Shown in pieces: positions 57,690-64,000 of a stretch of DNA of 64,000 nucleotides (positions are counted from its first letter, which is position 1; each line of letters begins with the position of its first letter). This stretch comes from Candidatus Cloacimonadales bacterium (GTDB taxonomy: Bacteria; Cloacimonadota; Cloacimonadia; Cloacimonadales; DAONDQ01), in the NCBI GenBank assembly GCA_963662275.1, contig OY759316.1, positions 352,001 to 416,000 of the forward strand, read 5' to 3'. The notes under the pieces are model-generated. The model saw only the letters and a list, made by a program, of their open reading frames with translations, did no database searches and was not told the DNA's origin. The position numbers were made by a program, and so were the translations under genes.

Positions 57690-60600
57690 CTAAGGCAGAT
57701 CCCTTTCCGCAGTGATTTTATAGAAATGTATGGGTCTGAGTCTTTCTTCTACGTAAGTAGGTGTTTCCGTGGTCATGACTAAATTGGGGAAAGTGCCATT
57801 CGGGTCTGTATCTACATAAATACGGAAACGTGAAACGGGCAGAGGATATGTCCAATTCAATTCAACTTTTTGCGTTTCGGTGTTGAAGCTGACGGTTGGG
57901 GTTGGTACGGGTGGCAGGGCATTCCAAATGACCTGTGATGGTCCGAAGGCATTATTCGTTTCAATTGCTTCCGCAACGCTTGCATTTTCATCGACAAAGG
58001 CATAGGAAGTCCAGGTTCCAGCCACATCAGAGCTGACCAGGACGAAAGTGACGGTTGCACTAGCCCAGGCATCGAGGGAGTTGATAGTCATATATTGATT
58101 TCCCACAGTTCCTGTGGTAGGGGCGGATGCCCTTGTATAATACAAATCCACACGTATAGGTGTGCCGACTCCCACAGCGCTATTGTTCATGATAGTCACA
58201 TCCACAGTATTCGCATCACAGACATAGAGATTATTGCTGTTATAGAACATACTCACGATCTTCAAATCAGGAAGCGGTCCATTCCAATTGATCAGGTTAT
58301 TGGGATCGCTCTCATAAGAAGCACCAGAGAAAGCTCCTGAAGCGCCGCTCATATTGATCAGTCCCTGGTTTGCTGCTTTGGTGACATTCTTGGCATTGCT
58401 GCCTGCATTGGTGGGGAATGAGGCATAAGGAATGGTGATCGTTGCATTGTTTTCTATTTTCAGCAAAGTACCGCCTGCTACACCATTTTGGAATGTACAA
58501 TAAGAGAAAGGATGAAGAGGATCCAGTATCGAACCGTTCATCAGGTAAACACCATTGGCAGTCATGTATTCAAAAGTGGCATATTCAGCACTTAAAGTGG
58601 CACCGCTTGCCAAGTAGAATAAGTAATTCCCTGTGGATTGATGCGTTATTTTTGCCAAATGCCCGGATGCTCCGATCACTTCCAGGTAACCACCTGTATT
58701 GACTGTCAGTGTCTTCGTATTTGCCACCTCAAGCCAGGCATCGGAATCAAGGCTTATTTTACCTGTGCTGTTAATGGTCACGTTGCCGGTTGTGCGGAAG
58801 TATTTATGATTCATAAGGAGTGTTCCTGAATTGATGGTCATGGTTCCGGTCATCGCTACGACCATAGGATATTGCATCAGCACAGTTGTCGCAGCGGTCT
58901 TTTCTATTGTGAGATTATAAATATAACTGGTACGGCAATCATAGAAAAAGTTCTGGCTGTTCCCGCCCTTGAGTTTGATCGTATTTAGCCTGCTGCCATT
59001 CCAAATGCCATTGACGCTCAAGTATACATCCCCTGAGAATTCATGAATATATCCTGTGGTTGAATCATACCATTCACCACGTGTAAGGGTCAGGTTACCT
59101 AATACTTTACAGAATTTGGTTGGGATGAATCTCCCTGCAGTTTTATTGACGATCAGGTTATAAGCATTTATCACTGATGCTGAGTTGGTGATAGTCTGAT
59201 CTGCTGCACCGTTGAAGGTCAAGGTGGAGGTTCCGGGATTGAATCCCTGGGTTTCATTATAAACTCCGTTTGAATCAGTCCAGTTACCTCCGACAGAGAT
59301 ATTCAAGCCCATATCGGTATTGGCATTCAAGCCTGCACCTGAGGATATGACCAAATTGCCTGTCACAGCAAGTGTGGAGTTGTCATTCATCTCGAATGTG
59401 CCATCTGTAATCGTAAGGTTACCACCAACAGTACAGGTCTGTCCTGCAGCTAGTTCAAAGGCATCTGTACTGGCGTTTGTATTATTCAGCACGAGATTAT
59501 TGAAGGTTTCAGAGGTCAGCAATCCAGTATCCACTGAATTGCCAGCAAAGGTAACGGTGTTACTAATTTCGAAGAAGCCACTCGTACCAACCGTATTCGT
59601 CCAATTGCCATAAACCGTAATCGCATAGCTGGATTGCAGGATACCGCTATAGATCTGCATATCTCCCCGAATTGTAATCGCTGATGTCTGAAGCGCAGTG
59701 TAGCCACGGGTCGAAGTTCGAAGTGCGAAGTCCGAAGTTCGAAGTGAAGAAGGAAGAGAAGAATCAGAGGAATTGCGAAGTTCGAAGTCCGAAGTTCGAA
59801 GTGAAGAAGGAAGAGAAGAATCATAGGAAGTTCGAAGTTCGAAGTTCGAAGTTCGAAGTGAAGAAGGAAGAGAAGAATCATAGGAATTGCGAAGTTCGAA
59901 GTCCGAAGTGCGAAGTGAAGAAGGAAGGTTTACCCCCCTGCCCCCCTCATCAAGGGGGGGTATTGGGTCAGCAGACCCATCCCCGGAACGGGCACCTTTG
60001 TTTATGCGGAGGGTGTAGAATGAACTGCCGGCTGCCATATCAAGTACACCGTCTGTAGTACCGGTCATTTCGATTGTACCACCGGCAGGAACGAAATTGG
60101 TTCTGTAGCAGTAAATATCTCCCACAACACTGATCACACCCCCGGAGATATCCGAATTGAAAGTATAGCTATTAAGAGGCAGTTTGATACCCCAGGATTT
60201 AAAATTGAGTTGTCCGCTGTCCATCAGGATGGAAGCATTTGCCAAATAGGCAAATTCATAGGCTTTGCTGCCTCCATAGATGTTGATGATACCGTTTTGA
60301 GTGATATACAGATTACCGTTGAGATCACACCAACTGCCTGTATCCTGGTGCAGTTCGATGGTTCCATTTGTTGCATAGTATTTTCCATAAATTCCAGCAT
60401 CCACCAGGTCATTCACGATAATTATACCTAATCCTGTTGCTCTCAATGTTCCGCCTCCATCGTAGGAAGCAATTGTGGAAGTAAGTCCGTAATGCTGTTC
60501 TACAGTGGCTGTGGAGCTATTGTTATTTAGCAAATTGATAGTCATGTTATCCTGGAAATAGACGATATTGGAAACAAAGAGTGTATTCCCAACTGTGCAG

Positions 60601-63600
60601 GTATGCATGAACTGCAATTCATTGCCTGTATGGCTATCCGTGACATTATAGAAAGTCGTGGCACCCGAGATCGTCTGTACACCGCCAGCCTGGTTGAATA
60701 TCACGGTTCCTGTACCGGGTATGAAGCGATTCTCGGAATTCGGATTATACCAATTCCCGCCTAAACTGATGGTATTGCTGTTGGAAGCCAGTTTCCCGGA
60801 ATTGATGTAAAGCTGTCCTTTCACAGTAATCGGGCTTAACAAGTTAAGAGCTACTAGTCGATATTTATTGATTTGCAGATTGAAAATATAGTTACCGTTG
60901 TTGCAGGTCAGGGAATTCTCTGTTCTGCCTATCATTTGCAGTTCCCCTGAAGTCATTTGAAAGGCATTGAGTGCCGTAGCTGTGAAATTTCCACCTACTT
61001 TTAGAAAACCGTCTCCATAAGAACGGGTTTCATGGGCATCCATGATCACATTGCGATATGTGATCTGCAAGATACCCGCTGACATCTGGATTCCTCCATT
61101 GAGCACTGTGTCAGAGCCTTCCAGATAAGCAGGGGCATCCTGGATGAAGGAACCGCCATCGATTTGCAGTAGGGAAGAGCTGGAAGGATAGAAACTGCCA
61201 AGCACGGTACAAGTGCCCGTTCCCACGCTGAGTGTTCCATCTAATGTCAGGTCGGATGTGAGATACAGGTAACCGCCGGTTCCAAGGGTGAGATTTGCTG
61301 TTGCAGGAACGGTCAGAGCATTGATAACACGGGCAGGCTTTCCTGCCAGATCGAGCGTATTATTCGGGTCAATGGTCAAAGAACCCAACACTAAAAGAGA
61401 ATCGGTACTGGCAGGAAGTACATGGAAATAGGGAGTTTCCTGCGTACCTTTGATTGCCAGGTTGCCGAAATGAGCATATAAACTGGAATTTAGAATGGTA
61501 CCACCATAATCAGCCCTCAGGTTCACTTGTGTATTCTCCAGTTGTACGATACAACCGGTTTGAAATTCCCAATTGCCGTAACAATTGATCGTTCCGTTTG
61601 CTCCAGCCATACCTGAAGTAGATGTCCAGATAAAGTCATTGTATGTTGTGAGAGTCCCATGATATTGCATATTCAGTTGACCGGCTATTTGAATACTGTT
61701 CAAAACAGTAACTGTGAAAGTATAAGGCTCAAATTTGCCTGCAGTTAGATGGAAATAGCCATGTATATTCACATCCGAAGCAGCTTGCACTACATATAGA
61801 GATCTTTGGTTTGGAAGCGTGGTGTTCTGACCTTCAGCACGACTGGCAGATTTTGCAATGACAAGATTGTTCAGATAACTCCCTGGAACAATGGAAAGCT
61901 CTGCTTGTTGAGATCCGATCATCTCGATGATTCCGCCTGTAGGCTGGAAATCAGCACGATTACATACGAATTTACCTGCAGTTAGGATCATTCCACCTGT
62001 GATATTAGCCGTAAATAAGTGAGTGTTCGTAATAACAATACCTTTATCCACGAACTCAAAGAGACCGTTGCTCATTGTTAAAGATGCATTGTCATCCTGT
62101 GCCCAATTGCTGTCCGAGTTACCGCCATGCACCATAAACGAACCGTTATCAATCGTGATATTCGCATTCATGGCAATTTGAGCAGCACCGTCCTGGGTAT
62201 AATTGATTACCCCATTTGTCATATAAATGGTTCCAAAGATGCCATTATCGACCAGGTCATGGACGATGAAAGTTCCGCCATAAACACGATATTCGCCCGA
62301 CATCCAGTCATAATAATTACAGGATGTAGTCGTATTGACAGGAAATTGCAGATAGCCACCGCTTTTGTTTAAAATGATCTTGTTGAAGGTTTCACCAAAG
62401 ACAGCCTGGAGCTTTGATCCTGTGAATTCTACAACTCCGTTGCCTTCGCTATAACCACTGGTGCCTATGTTGTTATACCAGTTTCCTTCAATTTTCATAG
62501 GATAACCGTAAGCTACCACAACTCCAGCAGTGATAGTAAAATTTCCTTTGACCCAGAGAGGTCTTCTCAAATTCACAAGGGCGCTGCTCACACTTTTCAG
62601 AATCGTTAGGTCATTAAAATAGCTTGCAGTATCATATTCATAAATATCAGTCGTCGTACTGCCCTCAATATTAACCACGCCATTAGAGAAGTAACAATGT
62701 CCACCTTCCAGATTTATGTAACCGCCACGAAAATGGATGGTACCATAATACAGATAATTAAATGTACTCCCGGCAGTGTTGGAGAAAAGACCGATAATAT
62801 AGAGTTCATTCGTAGAGGATGCGCTGAAATTAACGGCAGCAGGAGCGGTTTTATTGATCTTCAGGTTTCCAAGAGTCTGTCCGGAATTGACGTTTATGGA
62901 TGAATCTAAGGTACCGTTGAATTCCAGGGTGGAATTGGTTAGATTCACAGCGCTTCCGCGATTGAATGTCAAATCTCCCTGGATGTTTATCTTGGAACCC
63001 GTTGTAATGGTCGGCGTGGTTGCATAACTGTAAAAAGTAACGTCACCGTTCACATTCATTACACTGGCTGCATTCGTCAGATTCAGTTCTCCGGCAGTCG
63101 TAAAGTCATTGAGTACATTCAAAGTACCGGCATAGATAGATATCTTTGCACCGACAAAAACATGAAGATCCAAGCAGGAAATGGTTGATGTAATGGCGGG
63201 ATAGTTGCTTAGTCCACCTGGTATTTCCACAACATCTGAAGCTGTTGGTATACCATTCTTCCAATTTAAAGAAACGTTCCAGGAAATACCGTTACTACCT
63301 GTCCAAATCTTGGGCAAGGTACCACCATACTGGAAGGAGATATCATCTCCCGCTGTTCCGATATTGGAAATTTGCAGACCTCCGTCCACCATGCCTTCAG
63401 ATAGGAAACCATACGGGAAGGTGTTTGAATTGATCCCGGTCCTGCCTTCCTGTAAACAATAGTTAGCACTGTTGATGATGCCATCCACGGTTGGATAACC
63501 CTGGGGACGATACACATAGATCTCGTCTTCACCATCTGCATTCCCGTCATGATTGGTATTCACGCGATAGACGATGAGTCCTGTGCCCGGGACGTTGATG

Positions 63601-64000
63601 TCAAACCTACCGGTTTTCTTACGATATTCCAAAACATAGAATTCATCTGGATTATTGGACATCACACGATAGGCAGCCGATCTTGAAGTTGTTCTCGGTA
63701 CTAGGGAATAGGTACCTGGAGAAAATAACAATTCAGGCATAGCTGTCCAATGTCCGTACTTATAATCTAAATATTCCAAATGATACTGGGGTGTACTTAA
63801 ATCATTACACATCAGATCCCAGTATCCCACTGAATTGATCCCAGTGCTCTCATAATGATACAGATCCGGATAGCTGAAAGTATGACTCATTTCATGGCAA
63901 AGAACACCCAGGTGCAGCCCATCTTCAAGAACCAGGTTGAAATCATTGATTCCCTTGCCGTTGATACTTGCATTAGCCATTGATAACGTCCAGCGGTGAG
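57690..64000 (-). CDS. Giant M6 (immune inhibitor A-like) metalloprotease with long beta-rich repeats and CARDB-like domain; 5' end outside the window
   Basis: Frame open to the edge (HRWTLS before the annotated Met); HEMSHTFSYPDLY, GYWDLM, EFYVLEYR, GLIVYR; PDLKIV..VDE...VAE..ETNN. Confidence 0.9.
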   Translation of the reverse strand, partial: HRWTLSMANASINGKGINDFNLVLEDGLHLGVLCHEMSHTFSYPDLYHYESTGINSVGYWDLMCNDLSTPQYHLEYLDYKYGHWTAMPELLFSPGTYSLVPRTTSRSAAYRVMSNNPDEFYVLEYRKKTGRFDINVPGTGLIVYRVNTNHDGNADGEDEIYVYRPQGYPTVDGIINSANYCLQEGRTGINSNTFPYGFLSEGMVDGGLQISNIGTAGDDISFQYGGTLPKIWTGSNGISWNVSLNWKNGIPTASDVVEIPGGLSNYPAITSTISCLDLHVFVGAKISIYAGTLNVLNDFTTAGELNLTNAASVMNVNGDVTFYSYATTPTITTGSKINIQGDLTFNRGSAVNLTNSTLEFNGTLDSSINVNSGQTLGNLKINKTAPAAVNFSASSTNELYIIGLFSNTAGSTFNYLYYGTIHFRGGYINLEGGHCYFSNGVVNIEGSTTTDIYEYDTASYFNDLTILKSVSSALVNLRRPLWVKGNFTITAGVVVAYGYPMKIEGNWYNNIGTSGYSEGNGVVEFTGSKLQAVFGETFNKIILNKSGGYLQFPVNTTTSCNYYDWMSGEYRVYGGTFIVHDLVDNGIFGTIYMTNGVINYTQDGAAQIAMNANITIDNGSFMVHGGNSDSNWAQDDNASLTMSNGLFEFVDKGIVITNTHLFTANITGGMILTAGKFVCNRADFQPTGGIIEMIGSQQAELSIVPGSYLNNLVIAKSASRAEGQNTTLPNQRSLYVVQAASDVNIHGYFHLTAGKFEPYTFTVTVLNSIQIAGQLNMQYHGTLTTYNDFIWTSTSGMAGANGTINCYGNWEFQTGCIVQLENTQVNLRADYGGTILNSSLYAHFGNLAIKGTQETPYFHVLPASTDSLLVLGSLTIDPNNTLDLAGKPARVINALTVPATANLTLGTGGYLYLTSDLTLDGTLSVGTGTCTVLGSFYPSSSSLLQIDGGSFIQDAPAYLEGSDTVLNGGIQMSAGILQITYRNVIMDAHETRSYGDGFLKVGGNFTATALNAFQMTSGELQMIGRTENSLTCNNGNYIFNLQINKYRLVALNLLSPITVKGQLYINSGKLASNSNTISLGGNWYNPNSENRFIPGTGTVIFNQAGGVQTISGATTFYNVTDSHTGNELQFMHTCTVGNTLFVSNIVYFQDNMTINLLNNNSSTATVEQHYGLTSTIASYDGGGTLRATGLGIIIVNDLVDAGIYGKYYATNGTIELHQDTGSWCDLNGNLYITQNGIINIYGGSKAYEFAYLANASILMDSGQLNFKSWGIKLPLNSYTFNSDISGGVISVVGDIYCYRTNFVPAGGTIEMTGTTDGVLDMAAGSSFYTLRINKGARSGDGSADPIPPLDEGGRGVNLPSSLRTSDFELRNSYDSSLPSSLRTSNFELRTSYDSSLPSSLRTSDFELRNSSDSSLPSSLRTSDFALRTSTRGYTALQTSAITIRGDMQIYSGILQSSYAITVYGNWTNTVGTSGFFEISNTVTFAGNSVDTGLLTSETFNNLVLNNTNASTDAFELAAGQTCTVGGNLTITDGTFEMNDNSTLAVTGNLVISSGAGLNANTDMGLNISVGGNWTDSNGVYNETQGFNPGTSTLTFNGAADQTITNSASVINAYNLIVNKTAGRFIPTKFCKVLGNLTLTRGEWYDSTTGYIHEFSGDVYLSVNGIWNGSRLNTIKLKGGNSQNFFYDCRTSYIYNLTIEKTAATTVLMQYPMVVAMTGTMTINSGTLLMNHKYFRTTGNVTINSTGKISLDSDAWLEVANTKTLTVNTGGYLEVIGASGHLAKITHQSTGNYLFYLASGATLSAEYATFEYMTANGVYLMNGSILDPLHPFSYCTFQNGVAGGTLLKIENNATITIPYASFPTNAGSNAKNVTKAANQGLINMSGASGAFSGASYESDPNNLINWNGPLPDLKIVSMFYNSNNLYVCDANTVDVTIMNNSAVGVGTPIRVDLYYTRASAPTTGTVGNQYMTINSLDAWASATVTFVLVSSDVAGTWTSYAFVDENASVAEAIETNNAFGPSQVIWNALPPVPTPTVSFNTETQKVELNWTYPLPVSRFRIYVDTDPNGTFPNLVMTTETPTYVEERLRPIHFYKITAERDLP
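59712..59978. repeat. In-frame repeat insert: 57-bp unit x~3.7 plus family D and family C REP fragments
   Basis: GAAGTGAAGAAGGAAG at 59741, 59798, 59855, 59912; encodes LPSSLRTS(D/N)FELR(N/T)S(Y/S)DSS. Confidence 0.9.

Noticed and set aside
57120..57690. DGR template repeat / RT next to the FGE gene
   Set aside because: No AAY-rich copy of the FGE 3' end and no RT or avd ORF found by eye in the window
59516..60058. Alternative-frame ORFs (121 aa minus, 124 aa plus) over the repeat insert
   Set aside because: Open frames are a by-product of the 57-bp stop-poor repeat inside the M6 gene
1832..63550. Numerous short antisense or overlapping ORFs in the track
   Set aside because: They shadow well-supported genes and show no recognisable motifs

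Overview
AT-rich diderm bacterial chromosome segment; the gene set (lnt, OM beta-barrels, large secreted C10 and M6 proteases) suggests FCB group, possibly Cloacimonadota (inference only). Left to right: a Type I restriction-modification locus (half-size hsdS-like, hsdM, rhuM, hsdS, hsdR, M48 peptidase); a heterodimeric ABC exporter behind a candidate leader-peptide attenuator and a 26-bp tandem array; an operon of HhH/ComEA-like beta-barrel, FadL/PorV-like barrel and 5'-nucleotidase; housekeeping genes (acyl-CoA ligase, AI-2E, nnr, sensor kinase, mazG, recJ, lnt, MerR, DUF362, DUF2089/DUF4097, acyl-CoA dehydrogenase); a Sel1 + GAF-HD-GYP operon divergent from four STAND-like P-loop ATPase genes; and a 5'-truncated giant M6 protease. 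The strongest candidate for a new system is the ATPase cluster: one adenylate-cyclase fusion, one Walker-B-degenerate copy (both with C-terminal amphipathic helices) and two ~92%-identical membrane-anchored ATPases with swapped extracytoplasmic domains, one an FGE/C-lectin domain with DGR-target-like sequence features. Intergenic DNA holds many REP-like and 7/11-bp repeat families, and a mosaic of them sits in-frame inside the M6 protease. No rRNA, tRNA, CRISPR array, transposase or reverse transcriptase was seen.
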